NCBI GenBank assembly: GCA_963666315.2 | Contig: CAXXHG010000043.1 | Location: 96,001-160,000, forward strand | Direction of reading: 5' to 3' | Source: Candidatus Binatia bacterium | GTDB lineage: Bacteria; Desulfobacterota; Binatia; Bin18 | Length of the DNA: 64,000 bases | Shown: positions 37,920 through 48,844 of the stretch, one piece after another | How positions within the stretch are numbered: the stretch's first letter is position 1 | Layout: the number at the start of each line of letters is the position of its first letter | The notes under the pieces: generated by a model | What the model saw: only the letters and a program-made list of their open reading frames with translations | Told to the model about the DNA's origin: nothing | The model's database searches: none | Position numbers and translations under genes: made by a program

Positions 37920-38945
37920 ATGAGTGAGAACGGGAACCCCAAAATTCGCTTTGGCATGTGGTACGACTTTCGCAACCCGCCAGCCTGGAAACGTCCATAT
38001 GACCAACTCTATAACGAAATTATCGATCAGATCGTGTGGGGGGAAGAGAACGGCTTTGATAATATTTGGCTGTCTGAGCACCATTTTATTGAAGACGGCT
38101 ATTCGCCTGCGCTGATGCCGATTGCAGCCGCAATCGCCTCTCGGACTAAGAAAATCCACATTGGTACTAGCGTTATGCTCATGCCTTTCCATAATCCGGT
38201 TCGGCTTGCTGAAGATGCCGCGACCGTGGACGTGATCTCAAGTGGACGGTTCGAGTTGGGCGTCGGCGTTGGGTACAAGGTTGAAGAATTCGAGAGCTTT
38301 GGTGTGTCGAGCAAGGAGCGCGGAGCACGCACGAATGAGGGCCTCGAAATCATCCGTCGCCTATGGGAGGGCGAAACGCTCACGTTTGAAGGCAAATATT
38401 ATACGGTGACCAAGGCCAAGCTAACCCCAGAGCCAATTCAGCAACCACGGCCACCCATTTGGGTAGGAGGCTTTACTCCGCCAGCCCTCAGGCGGGCGGC
38501 GAAATATGGTGATGGCTATATCGGCGTCGGACCGCTCAAAGAAGCATATGAGCGCTATGTCACTGCGCTTGAAAAGATCGGCAAACCAACAACGGATATT
38601 CGCCTCGCCGGTGGCTATTTTTGGCTGATTCCGTCTGAAGATCCCGAAAAGACTTGGAACGAAGCAGCCGAACACGTGCGTTACCAGATCAACGCCTACG
38701 CGAAGTGGTCGGAGATGGCCGGCATGCCACTGTTTCCCCATATGCCGGATCTGACAGCGTTACGGGAATCTGGTATGTTCCAAGTGGTCGACGTGGACAC
38801 CTGTATTCAGATGATCCGCGACTATGCTTTAGAGACTCCATTAACGCATTATTATTCTTGGACACTTCCTCCAGGACTACCGGCAAGCTGGATTCAGCCG
38901 CACTTGGAGCTCTTTGCGAGTAAGGTTATTCCAGCGTTTCGGTAA
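37920..38945 (+). CDS. LLM-class flavin-dependent oxidoreductase
   Basis: GFDNIWLSEHHF, PVRLAED.ATVD.IS.GRFELGVG.GY. Confidence 0.9.
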   Translation: MSENGNPKIRFGMWYDFRNPPAWKRPYDQLYNEIIDQIVWGEENGFDNIWLSEHHFIEDGYSPALMPIAAAIASRTKKIHIGTSVMLMPFHNPVRLAEDAATVDVISSGRFELGVGVGYKVEEFESFGVSSKERGARTNEGLEIIRRLWEGETLTFEGKYYTVTKAKLTPEPIQQPRPPIWVGGFTPPALRRAAKYGDGYIGVGPLKEAYERYVTALEKIGKPTTDIRLAGGYFWLIPSEDPEKTWNEAAEHVRYQINAYAKWSEMAGMPLFPHMPDLTALRESGMFQVVDVDTCIQMIRDYALETPLTHYYSWTLPPGLPASWIQPHLELFASKVIPAFR

Positions 38946-38978
38946 TTTGATCATGATCTGGGTAGACAGGAAACAGAT

Positions 38979-39848
38979 ATGGACTTGCAGACACCCGGCG
39001 TTTTTACCTTTCTCGATGGCCTCAGCGGTGCGCAGACGGGCCAGTTTGCCCGCAAAGTCGAACAACTCGGCTATAGCGCTCTGTGGTTTCCCGAAGTCCT
39101 TGGGCGCGAGCCCTTTTCATTTGCGTCCTATCTGTTAGGCCAAACGGAACGGCTAGTAATTGCCACTGGCATTGTCGTGCCGTATGCCTACGAACCCATC
39201 GTTATTGCCAATGCCACACGCACGCTGGCAGAACTCTTTGGTGACCGTTTTCTTCTTGGTCTGGGTGTGAGCAATGCGCAGGCCAATGCCAGACGCGGCA
39301 TCCCATACGGCAAGCCGCTCAGTTTTACGCGTGAGTATCTCGCCAAGATGAAAGCGGCCCCATATAATGCTCCGTCTTCGCAAAACGATCCGCCCGTCGT
39401 ACTGGCCGGCATGATGCCGAAGATGCTTGAGCTTGCAGCAACACAGACCAACGGAACACATACCTATTTCAGTGTAGTTGAACAGATTGCAGCGACCCGC
39501 AAGGCCCTCGGACCTGAGCCATGGCTGTGTGCTGAGATCGGCGTGATGCTGGAATCAGACGCAGACAAGGCCCGCTCGGCCGCGCGCAGTTATATGCGGA
39601 TTTATCTCCAAGTTGACCATTATGTGCAGCGGCTCAAAGAAGTGGGCTTTGCGGCTGCTGACTTTGCTAATGGAGGCAGTGATCGGCTTGTGGATGCGGT
39701 CATTGCCTGGGGAGATGTGGCCAAGATTCGAGAGTCTATTGCGGCGTATTATGAGGCCGGTGCGTCACACGTATGCCTCATGCCACTAAGTTCTGGAGGT
39801 GGCATGAACCCGGACGAGCGAGCAATCGAAGTGCTGGCACCAAATTGA
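38979..39848 (+). CDS. LLM-class F420-dependent oxidoreductase (MSMEG_4141-like)
   Basis: LGYSALW, ATGI, RFLLGLGVS, GGSDRLVDA..AWG, AGASHVC. Confidence 0.85.
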   Translation: MDLQTPGVFTFLDGLSGAQTGQFARKVEQLGYSALWFPEVLGREPFSFASYLLGQTERLVIATGIVVPYAYEPIVIANATRTLAELFGDRFLLGLGVSNAQANARRGIPYGKPLSFTREYLAKMKAAPYNAPSSQNDPPVVLAGMMPKMLELAATQTNGTHTYFSVVEQIAATRKALGPEPWLCAEIGVMLESDADKARSAARSYMRIYLQVDHYVQRLKEVGFAAADFANGGSDRLVDAVIAWGDVAKIRESIAAYYEAGASHVCLMPLSSGGGMNPDERAIEVLAPN

Positions 39849-40294
39849 TCAGGTTGATTTGTTGGTTGCTTAGTTCTTAACTCAACCCACTCGCTGTCGT
39901 GAAACCACGTCACTGCTTCATCTTCTGAATGAAAGAAGCGCGTTCTAAAAGTCCGTGGCTGGTCCGGATTGGCGCCAGCATCCTGAGCAGGAGAAAGCTG
40001 CGCATTCGGTCCGATGATATACCCCATCTTTTGAATGCCGACGGCATTATAGCGCGGGATAATTGCGCTATCTCGCCGCTGACCGATTTCTTCCGAGAGT
40101 GCAGGTTTAAAGCGCTGGACATCCACGAGCAAACAACGGGCGCTGTGTTGCTCAGCATGGCTAGCAAATCGGCTGAGAGCGTCTTTAAAATCAGCGTCCG
40201 TCATGTGCGCAGTCTTCTCAGTCCAGTCTATTTTCACGCTGGATACAGCTTCATCGTAGGAAATCTTCCACAGGTAATTTTGGTGCAGCTGCAT
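39749..40294 (-). CDS. STAS/SEC14 (SpoIIAA-like) hypothetical protein
   Basis: LLVDVQRF, IIPRYNAVGIQKMGYI, RFFHSEDEAVTW; AAGGAGG RBS; 3' end uncertain. Confidence 0.55.
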   Translation of the reverse strand: MQLHQNYLWKISYDEAVSSVKIDWTEKTAHMTDADFKDALSRFASHAEQHSARCLLVDVQRFKPALSEEIGQRRDSAIIPRYNAVGIQKMGYIIGPNAQLSPAQDAGANPDQPRTFRTRFFHSEDEAVTWFHDSEWVELRTKQPTNQPDQFGASTSIARSSGFMPPPELSGMRHTCDAPAS

Positions 40295-40388
40295 GAGGTC
40301 GTCCTCCTTTCTACATCGGAACACAGATCCCAGAGAGAAATCGGTAGTTGAGATGACTGGGCAGGCCTGGGAGCCTCCGCTTAGCCCT

Positions 40389-40702
40389 CTATCGACGAAG
40401 CGACGAAGCAAGCCGCGACAGCTTAGTAACGGTCAGACCATTCTCACTCCGCTCCTTGGTGCCCGCACTGAAAGGGCCAAAAAGCGGCAGGGCCTGCAGT
40501 CGGGAGCCAACCTCGCCGTTGGCCATCTGAATATGAAGCACGAAAGAAGCCCCATCTTCGGCTTTGTAAACGGAGTATTCGACCTCAGGATCATTCAAGG
40601 CCGGAATCGATCCGACCCATTCGCAGATAGCAGACTCCCGTTCCGCGACTTTATCCCCTTGATCGTGTATCGGACCAAAACAGTTGATGCTGGATTTTGC
40701 AT
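40389..40702 (-). pseudogene. Small dimeric alpha-beta barrel-like protein, frameshifted
   Basis: AAGGAG RBS, VLVRYTIK, then a shift in a G-run to ...YSVYKAEDGASFV. Confidence 0.45.
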
Positions 40703-40898
40703 AGAAGTCTCCTTTCTTTGTTTATGTTTGTATCAATCGTTGCCTCCTCCCTACTTGATAATACGAATATGGATAGAGAAAGGATACGTCTTTAGAAAAA
40801 TTTTCTTCTTCCCCTTCGACGTAGCCCTCGCTCGCCTTCTCAAATTCTCCGTTTGGTAGTATGTCTCTTCTTCATCAAGTGCAAAAAGGAGGGGCCTC

Positions 40899-41774
40899 AT
40901 GAAATTAGGGATTTTTGGTATCAATATGGGACCGTGCAGTACGCCGGAGGCTTCGGCGCGGGTGGCGCAGACGGCGGAAGCGGCGGGGTTTGAATCAGTC
41001 TGGGCAGGCGAGCACGTTGTGCTACCGGACCCGCAAGAGCCGCCTTCACCTCTGCCGCCGACCTACCCGATGCTCGACCCAAATATCGCTTTTGCCTTTT
41101 TGGCTGGTCAGACAAAAACCATTCGGATGGGAACCGGCATTATTATTCTTCCCCAGCGCAATCCGCTTGTACTGGCCAAAGAAATGGCCAGCCTCGACGT
41201 ACTGTCAGGCGGACGGCTCATCTTTGGCGTGGGCATTGGCTATCTCAAGCCGGAATTTGGTGCTTTGGGTATACCGTTTGCTCAAAAAGGGCCGCGTACG
41301 CTCGATTACGTCGAGGCCATGCGCGCCATTTGGAGCCAGGACGATCCAGCGCATCAGGGCCAGTTTGTGTCCTTTAGTGGCATAAAGGCCTTTCCCAAGC
41401 CCGTTCAGCAGTCAGGTCCGCCGGTTGTCTTCGGCGGTATGACGCCTCAGGCATTCCAGCGCTCTGTCACGCATGGGAACGGTTGGTACGGATTTGCGCT
41501 TGATGCGGACGGAACCAGGAAATGCCTCGACGGCCTCAAGGCCGCACAAGAGGAAAACAAACGGCCGAGCGAACTCGGCAAGTTGGAAATCAGTGTGACT
41601 CCGCTAGGGCGGGTAGATCTCGATATGGCCAGACGTTTCGCCGACCTTGGCGTGGATCGTTTGGTTTCGCTCTTTCCGCCCAAAGGGAAAGAACTCTTCT
41701 CGCTCAACTCCTCAGAGACAGAAATTACCGATTACATCAAAGAGGTGGGAGAAACGGTGGTCGGCAAGGTGTGA
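40899..41774 (+). CDS. LLM-class F420-dependent oxidoreductase (Rv2161c-like)
   Basis: GFESVWAGEHVVLP, PQRNPLVLAKE.ASLDVLSGGR, GVGIGY. Confidence 0.9.
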   Translation: MKLGIFGINMGPCSTPEASARVAQTAEAAGFESVWAGEHVVLPDPQEPPSPLPPTYPMLDPNIAFAFLAGQTKTIRMGTGIIILPQRNPLVLAKEMASLDVLSGGRLIFGVGIGYLKPEFGALGIPFAQKGPRTLDYVEAMRAIWSQDDPAHQGQFVSFSGIKAFPKPVQQSGPPVVFGGMTPQAFQRSVTHGNGWYGFALDADGTRKCLDGLKAAQEENKRPSELGKLEISVTPLGRVDLDMARRFADLGVDRLVSLFPPKGKELFSLNSSETEITDYIKEVGETVVGKV

Positions 41775-41796
41775 TTAGGTAAAAATGATTACGCCT

Positions 41797-42603
41797 CTAT
41801 GATGATGACTGCGCCCGGCCACGCTGTTGCACGCCCTCACGCCGGGCGGCGATGTCGTCCGGTGTAACTCCGCGGACCTGTTCACGCCAGACGGTCGCTT
41901 CAATTTGCAGGCCGTCATGCAAGGTTTGCGCATAGCCTGTGTTAATCACCCGCTTCATACTGCGCAGCATCTCGGGCACGCAGGACAACATGTCTTTTGC
42001 CAGCGCTCGACACGTCGGGACAAGCTCGTCGGGGGGAACCACACGATTCACCAACCCCCAGGATTCTGCCCGTTCTGCCGACAAAAAATTTCCAGTCAAC
42101 GAGAGTTCACGCGCGCGGTAGATGCCAATCACACGCGAGAGTTTCTGACTCAGCCCCCAGCCGGGCATCACACCCAGCCGAGCATGTGTGTCAGCAAAAC
42201 GCGCTTCGCTGGAAGCAATCAATACATCACACGCCAAGGCCAACTCGAATCCTCCGGTGATGGCAAAACCATTGATTGCACCAATGATCGGTCGGTCAAA
42301 CGCCTGCATAGTTTGCACGATATCCATACTACCTTGACTACCCGGACTACCCTGGGTCGGTTCTGACTCGCGCAGCGGGTCACTCGTGCGGCTGAGTTCC
42401 TTGAGATCCATACCAGCGCAAAACGCTCGGCCCGCTCCAGTCAGAATCACCACGTGGGTGCCCGTTTCCTTTTGCAGCATCTCAAATGCCTTCACAATTG
42501 CGAGGCGCAATTCACGCGATAAGGCATTCATGGCCTTGGGACGGTTCAAAGTCAGGGTAGCAATACCATCGGCTTTTTCAATCATTAAGACTGGTTCTGA
42601 CAT
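41797..42603 (-). CDS. Enoyl-CoA hydratase family protein
   Basis: AFCAGMDL, AITGGFELALACD, FADTHARLG..PGWG. Confidence 0.92.
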   Translation of the reverse strand: MSEPVLMIEKADGIATLTLNRPKAMNALSRELRLAIVKAFEMLQKETGTHVVILTGAGRAFCAGMDLKELSRTSDPLRESEPTQGSPGSQGSMDIVQTMQAFDRPIIGAINGFAITGGFELALACDVLIASSEARFADTHARLGVMPGWGLSQKLSRVIGIYRARELSLTGNFLSAERAESWGLVNRVVPPDELVPTCRALAKDMLSCVPEMLRSMKRVINTGYAQTLHDGLQIEATVWREQVRGVTPDDIAARREGVQQRGRAQSSS

Positions 42604-42883
42604 GGGAACTCCTCCCTCAGTTCAACAAAACGTTCCGGCGTTCTGGCCACTATGCCTTGAGCGAGACAGATCGCCAAGCGGCTTTTTTTAAGATCGCCTC
42701 AAAGATCGCTTCGAAAATCGATCTGAAAGCCGATGCCAAGGCCGCTTCATTGACGCTAGCCACGTTCGTATCTACACTCCTCTTCTTCTAAGCAGATGAG
42801 CAGATAAGGAGGATCGATATAGAAACCCACATGAAATTTATCTTCACTAAGGCAGACACCGCACATCGAGGCTAGGCGGGTTT

Positions 42884-44128
42884 TTGGAACAACAGAAACC
42901 CTATTCGCCTGTATCGGCCTTTTCCTATCCCAACTTTCAGCGCTATTGGGCCGCCCGGTTATGCGTCACGCTAGCCATTCAAATGCAGGCCGTGGCCATA
43001 GGCTGGCAGGTCTATAACCTCACCCGCAATCCGCTTGATTTGGGCCTTGTTGGACTTGCGCAATTCTTACCTTCGCTTGGTTTAGCGCTCATCACTGGCC
43101 ATGTGGCCGACCGTTATGACCGGCGGCGTGTATTGGCCGTGTGCATTGTCGTTGAGGTGATCTGCGCGCTGCTCTTCCTCGGCTTCACTGTACAGGGTGG
43201 CACAAATACGTTGTTTCTCTTTGGCGTGCTCGTTCTGTTTGGAACAGCACGCGCGTTCGAATTCCCGGCTTCGGTGTCCCTCATGCCCAATTTGGTGCCC
43301 CAACGTCTTTTCACCAATGCTGCGGCGTGGAGTTCGTCTGCGTGGCAATCGGCAACTATTGCGGGCCCAGCAATCGGCGGCTTGCTGTACGCGGTCGGGC
43401 CGGAGGTTGTGTACGGCTGCTGTGCATTGATGTTCAGCGTTTCCATCCTCCTGGTCAGTATTATTCATATTGGGCCACGAACGGTCGAACAGAAAGCTCA
43501 GACGTGGAAGTCACTTGTCGCCGGGATTTCTTTTATCCGGAGTCAGCCGGTTGTACTAGGCGCGGTGTCTCTCGATCTGTTTGCTGTGCTATTAGGCGGG
43601 GCAACGGCACTGCTGCCCATCTATGCACGCGATATTTTGCACGTTGGCCCCTGGGGACTTGGCATCCTACGTAGCGCACCGGCGCTTGGCGCGCTGGTGA
43701 CTGCCGTCATCATGGCCCGCCGACCTATTCAGCATCATGCAGGCGTTATTTTGCTCGGAACGGTGGGGATATTTGGGTTGTCCATCGTAGGCTTTGGGCT
43801 GTCGCGGAACTTATGGTTGTCCCTTGTCATGCTCATCATACTCGGCGCGTCGGATATGGTCAGCGTAGTGATTCGCCGGGTCTTGGTTTTAGTCAAGACT
43901 CCAGACCAGATGCGGGGTCGGGTGAGTGCGGTGGAGTCGGTTTTTATTGGCGGATCAAACGAACTCGGGGAATTTGAGTCCGGCGTAACCGCAGCGTGGT
44001 TCGGCGTTGTACCGGCGGTGATCCTGGGTGGTCTCGGAACACTCGCGATAGTTGGATTGTGGGCACGCATTTTCCCGCAATTGCGGCAGGTTGATTCTTT
44101 GGAGGAAGAGGCAACAGGAGACCCATAG
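42884..44128 (+). CDS. MFS transporter (EntS/DHA3-like)
   Basis: GHVADRYDRRRV, DLFAVLLGGA.ALLP, MRGRV, SNELGEFESG. Confidence 0.9.
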   Translation: MEQQKPYSPVSAFSYPNFQRYWAARLCVTLAIQMQAVAIGWQVYNLTRNPLDLGLVGLAQFLPSLGLALITGHVADRYDRRRVLAVCIVVEVICALLFLGFTVQGGTNTLFLFGVLVLFGTARAFEFPASVSLMPNLVPQRLFTNAAAWSSSAWQSATIAGPAIGGLLYAVGPEVVYGCCALMFSVSILLVSIIHIGPRTVEQKAQTWKSLVAGISFIRSQPVVLGAVSLDLFAVLLGGATALLPIYARDILHVGPWGLGILRSAPALGALVTAVIMARRPIQHHAGVILLGTVGIFGLSIVGFGLSRNLWLSLVMLIILGASDMVSVVIRRVLVLVKTPDQMRGRVSAVESVFIGGSNELGEFESGVTAAWFGVVPAVILGGLGTLAIVGLWARIFPQLRQVDSLEEEATGDP

Positions 44129-44190
44129 ATGTTGATTTCCCATAGGGACTATGTTTCCCATAACATCCTGACCGAAGCAATGGAGGGGAT

Positions 44191-45207
44191 ATGAAACTCG
44201 ATAGCCTGATGACTGCTCGCTCGCTCGACGAAGCCATCGCCATAGCGCGGAACGCAGAAGACATGGGCTTTGACAGCGTGTGGAGTATGGAGAACCAGCA
44301 CGATCCCTTCCTGTCTCTCGCAGTCGCGGCGACTTCAACCACCAAGCTCAAACTCGGAACGGCGATTGCCCTGGCTTTCCCGCGCAGCCCCATGTCTTTT
44401 GCCTATACGGCTTGGGACCTCCAACGCGCCTCAAACGGGCGCTTCATCCTCGGACTCGGCACCCAAGTCAAAGGCCATAACCAACGCCGCTATAGCGTAA
44501 AGTGGGAATCTCCTGGTCCGAAGTTACGGGAAATTGTTCTCGCTCTACGCGCCATTTGGGACTGCTGGCAGAACGGGACCAAGCTGGATTTTCAGGGCCA
44601 ATTTTTTAGCCATACACTCATGACTCCAGCTTTTTCACCAAGCAAGATCAAACATCCACATATTCCAATTTATATCGCCGGTGTGAATCCATATATGTGC
44701 CGTCTGGCCGGCGAGTTGTGTGACGGCTTTCATGCCCACCCCTTTCACTCAGCGAAATTTCTACGCGAACGCGTACTTCCCCAGATAGAAGAAGGCGCCC
44801 AAAGGGCCGGCCGGAGCCGTAAAGACGTGGTGGTCTCAACCTCATCCTTTGTGATTATGGGTGACAGCCAAAAAGAGAGAGATGAGATGCGTGAGAAGGT
44901 GCGCATGCAGATTGCCTTTTATGCTTCGACACGGACGTATAAGCCCGTCCTCGATGTGCATGGCTGGGGCGACGTCTGCCAGAGCCTGAACGAGAAAGCG
45001 TCCAAAGGCGAGTGGGCAGCCATGGCCAAAGATGTCACGGACGAGATGCTTGAGGAGTATGCGATAACCGGCTCACCGGACGAGGTATCCGCCATGCTCA
45101 AGGCCAAATATGACGGGTTGCTGGATCGAGTAGCATTCTACCATCCAGATCGACCAGGAGTGAATGATGCGCGTTGGCGCAAAATTGTCGAAGCATTTTA
45201 CACGTAA
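44191..45207 (+). CDS. LLM-class F420-dependent oxidoreductase (MSMEG_2256-like)
   Basis: HDPFL, AFPRSP, GRFILGLGTQVKGH, IAFYASTRTY..VL..HGW. Confidence 0.9.
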   Translation: MKLDSLMTARSLDEAIAIARNAEDMGFDSVWSMENQHDPFLSLAVAATSTTKLKLGTAIALAFPRSPMSFAYTAWDLQRASNGRFILGLGTQVKGHNQRRYSVKWESPGPKLREIVLALRAIWDCWQNGTKLDFQGQFFSHTLMTPAFSPSKIKHPHIPIYIAGVNPYMCRLAGELCDGFHAHPFHSAKFLRERVLPQIEEGAQRAGRSRKDVVVSTSSFVIMGDSQKERDEMREKVRMQIAFYASTRTYKPVLDVHGWGDVCQSLNEKASKGEWAAMAKDVTDEMLEEYAITGSPDEVSAMLKAKYDGLLDRVAFYHPDRPGVNDARWRKIVEAFYT

Positions 45208-45236
45208 ACGGCAAATCCAATAACAGGAGGGATACT

Positions 45237-45768
45237 ATGGCAATCTCACTAGGCGATATCAGCATCCCGCGTGTGGTCGAAATGGAAGGTCCGCTGATGG
45301 AACCACAGATGCTCTTGCCAGACGCGACGGCGGAAGGGATGACTAGGCATAAACACTGGCTGGCTCCACAGTTTGTGGCTGAGAATGGCAAGCTCAGCAT
45401 AAGTATTCAGACCTAAGTGGTAAAAACGCGCCATCACACCGTTCTGGTTGACGGCGACCACGCCATTGACGATGAGATGCATCTGTCACCCTCAGCCCGG
45501 CCACACCCCCGGTCACGTGTGCCTGCACCTGCAATGTGGCGGGAAAAAAGCTATGATGCCCGGCGACATGATGCACTATCCGGTCCAGTGCTCTGAGCCA
45601 CAGTGGAGCAGCGGTTTTTGTGTTGATCCGGTACAGTCGGCGGCAACGCGGCGCAGCTTCCTTGAGGCCTATTCTGATCAGGAAGTGATCGTCTTAGCCG
45701 CTCACTTTTTGGCACCCGACGGCGGGCGCATTGTGCCGAACGGAGATACCTGGAAGTTGCAAGTGTAG
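45237..45768 (+). pseudogene. MBL-fold metallo-hydrolase remnant
   Basis: TAA at 45414; TVLVD joined to PGHTPGH...GDMMH...AHF, with the HxHxDH segment missing. Confidence 0.75.
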
Positions 45769-45832
45769 TGAGCCGTAATCAGGTAGAATCGTTCGTTTCA
45801 AAGCTCATCGGTCTGAGAAAAGGAGGCCCCAC

Positions 45833-46843
45833 ATGCGTGCATGGCAAATCAGTCAAGAGTTTGGCATTGACAACCTGAAACTGACCGACCAGCCTGACCC
45901 GGAACCCGGATACGGTCAGATTGCCATCCGGGTTCAGGCCACCTCGCTTAATTACCGCGACCTCATGACAGTCAAATATGGCGGCATGCGAGGTCTCAAA
46001 CAGCCGCTTATTCCATTGTCCGATGGGGCTGGTGAAGTTGTTGCGATTGGTCAAGACGTCACTCGTCTCAAACCGGGTGATAGGGTAGCCGGCATTTTCT
46101 TTCAAAACTGGCTGGCAGGTGGATCGGATGCATCCCATGCTGCCTCGGCGTTGGGTGGTGCGCTGGATGGCATGCTCGCCGAGCAGGTGGTGCTGCATGA
46201 AAACGGCGTGGTCGCGATTCCAGATTATATGACCTATGAAGACGCGGCCTCCTTGCCTTGTGCGGCAGTCACCGCATGGCAGAGCATGGTCACCCTGGGC
46301 AATATGAAGGCCGGGCAAACTATTTTGATTCTTGGGACTGGTGGGGTTTCTATCTTTGCCCTTCAGTTTGCCAAAGCCGCCGGTGTCCGCGCCATCATTA
46401 CGTCGAGCAGTGATGAAAAGCTCGAACGTGCTAAAGATCTCGGCGCATCGGAGGTAATCAACTATAGGACTACGCCGCAGTGGGGCAAAAAAGTTTTAGA
46501 ACTTACAGACGGCATCGGCGTTGATCAGGTTGTCGAAGTGGGTGGAGCCGGCACTCTGGCCCAATCTATGGAAGCTACACGTGTAGGCGGCATGATCGGC
46601 TTGATCGGAATCTTGGCCGGGACTGATGGGGAAGTGAACCCTGTCCCGGTACTGATGAAGAGCCTTCGTCTGCAGGGTGTGTATGTCGGCTCGCGTGAGA
46701 TGTTTGAGGATATGAATGCAGCTATGACGGTAAATCAGATCAAGCCCGTGATTGATAAGGTCTATCCCTTTGAAGAAGCTCGCCAAGCGCTCACGCTTAT
46801 GGAAGGCGCGTCGCACTTTGGCAAGATTGTGATCACGGGGTAA
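45833..46843 (+). CDS. NAD(P)-dependent MDR alcohol dehydrogenase-like oxidoreductase
   Basis: SLNYRD, PLSDGAG, LPCAAVTAW, GTGGVS, HFGKIVI. Confidence 0.9.
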   Translation: MRAWQISQEFGIDNLKLTDQPDPEPGYGQIAIRVQATSLNYRDLMTVKYGGMRGLKQPLIPLSDGAGEVVAIGQDVTRLKPGDRVAGIFFQNWLAGGSDASHAASALGGALDGMLAEQVVLHENGVVAIPDYMTYEDAASLPCAAVTAWQSMVTLGNMKAGQTILILGTGGVSIFALQFAKAAGVRAIITSSSDEKLERAKDLGASEVINYRTTPQWGKKVLELTDGIGVDQVVEVGGAGTLAQSMEATRVGGMIGLIGILAGTDGEVNPVPVLMKSLRLQGVYVGSREMFEDMNAAMTVNQIKPVIDKVYPFEEARQALTLMEGASHFGKIVITG

Positions 46844-46900
46844 AAGCCGATACAGTGCTAGGGGTGACCGGGCGGTCGCTGTATACAGCATACCGTGCCG

Positions 46901-47473
46901 CTACAATTCAGAAACCTCCTCATACCGAAAACAATCCGTCGTATGATCATTCACCATCCCGGTAGCCTGTATAAACGCGTAACAGATTGTCGATCCCACA
47001 AAAGAGAAGCCGCGCTTTTTGAGGGCCTTACTCATCGCATCAGACTCAGACGTGTGAGCGGGTATGCCCTTCAGTGACCGCCGTGCATTTTTCCGAGGAC
47101 TCCCATCGAAAAATTGCCAAATGTACACATCAAAGCTGCCAAACTCCTTTTGTATGCTCAGAAAGGCTTTGGCATTCTTGATTGTTGACTCGACCTTGAG
47201 GCGATTTCGGACAATGCCAGGGCCGGCGAGTAGTTTCGCGGCCTTGCGCGGCGTGTAGCACGCCACGCGAGTCGGATCGAAATTGTCGAAGACTTTTCGA
47301 TAGTGAACGCGTTTCCTGAGGACGGTATCCCAGCTTAGGCCAGCTTGTGCACCTTCGAGAATCAGAAATTCGAACAGCGTTCGTTCGTCATGGACAGGCA
47401 CTCCCCACTCTTCATCATGATACTGGATGGCGAGTTCATTCTTTGCCCACGTGCAGCGTTTGATAGATTCCAT
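46901..47473 (-). CDS. tag: DNA-3-methyladenine glycosylase I
   Basis: RCTWA, YHDEEWG, LEGAQAGLSW, RNRLKV, FVGSTICYA...GMVNDH..DC. Confidence 0.95.
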   Translation of the reverse strand: MESIKRCTWAKNELAIQYHDEEWGVPVHDERTLFEFLILEGAQAGLSWDTVLRKRVHYRKVFDNFDPTRVACYTPRKAAKLLAGPGIVRNRLKVESTIKNAKAFLSIQKEFGSFDVYIWQFFDGSPRKNARRSLKGIPAHTSESDAMSKALKKRGFSFVGSTICYAFIQATGMVNDHTTDCFRYEEVSEL

Positions 47474-47619
47474 CTAGTCTTCCTCTGCGCCTTCCGCGCT
47501 AGGATACCTATTCCTTTCCCCTTCTTATGCCAGCACCAGCTTGAGTGCTATAATCAGTCGCAGCACAGGTGCCGGAGGAGTCCCCTCTGTTTAGCGAACG
47601 TGCTAAAATTAGCGGGCGC

Positions 47620-48842
47620 GGATGCAATATGAAACCCTTGTCCAAGAAGACCGCGTTCGTGCCTCACTCTATACCAATTCGCAAATACTCTAGGTCGAAC
47701 TCGAAAAGATCCTCTATAAGGTCTGGGTCTTTGTTGGACGCGAGAGTGAGATTTCGTATTTCGCAGATTTTTTTATCTGGACCATTGGCTGCCAACCGGT
47801 CATTGCGAGCCGGGGCAAAGATAAGAATATTTCAATTTTTCTCGATCGCTGTGCTCACCGAGGCACGGCAGTCTGCACTGTTGAACGCCGCAATGCGAGG
47901 TATTTCGTGTATCCGTACCATAGCTGGATGTATGATTTGAACCACGCGCTGACCAGCGTACCGAATCCCTGTACGTATGGACAAGACTTCAAGCAAAAAG
48001 ATCATGGACTCCCGCGTTCGGCTCGGTGCGAAAGCTATCCTGGGGTTATTTTTGTCAGCTTGAGCCGAAATGGTTCGTCGTTAGACGTGCATTTAAGGAG
48101 TGCTAGAAAACTGATCGACCGCTCATGTGATTTATCACCCGGAGGTTAAATTGAGCTCAGTGCCGGCTAGCTCAAGGATCGGTATCATTCTAACTGGGAG
48201 ATGACACAGGAGAACAACACGGACGACCATCATCTCGGCATTACCTATGGGGCCTTTTTCAAAGTCGCTGGTACACGATATGCCCGTTTTGTGGGGGAAG
48301 AGTATAGTATAAAAGTTGTACTGCGTAATTGGGATAGTGGACACAGCGAGATTGAGTTGGCGCACGGGTACCAACGCCCGTCTGATCGGTGTGGTAGGGG
48401 TTCAGAAACAAAGTTTGCCGCGTACTTGTCTGCTGTGGAAAAAAGCCACGGTAAGGCAAGCACCCAGCAACGGATTTTTTGACGGACCATCCAGCACATT
48501 GATTTTCGCCAATTTATTTTTAGGCGAAATAAACATTCTCTTTTTTAGAGCAAGTAGTGTGAATGAAGCCGTGCAGTGGCATACTTCTATATTTCTCAAA
48601 GGTGTTTCAAAAGCGGAACCTGGACATGTTGCGCCACAGCGAAGTCGTCAGGCGTCTTTTATCTTGCCGAAGACGAACGATTGCCGGTCGAAATAAGATG
48701 GGGTTCTAGGCCTGAAAACGAGGCTCGCGGGATTTACGCCGTGGAATGTATCGGGAAGGACTCGTCAGCAAAGGCAGCCGGGTGCCGTACTTTACCGACG
48801 AGACGACTAATCCTGGCTTTTGGCGGCACTACAGACATCTGA
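47620..48842 (+). pseudogene. Heavily decayed Rieske dioxygenase alpha subunit
   Basis: Fragments WVFVGRESEI, DRCAHRG, YPYHSWMY, ENNTDDHH across several frames with stops. Confidence 0.75.
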
Positions 48843-48844
48843 CG

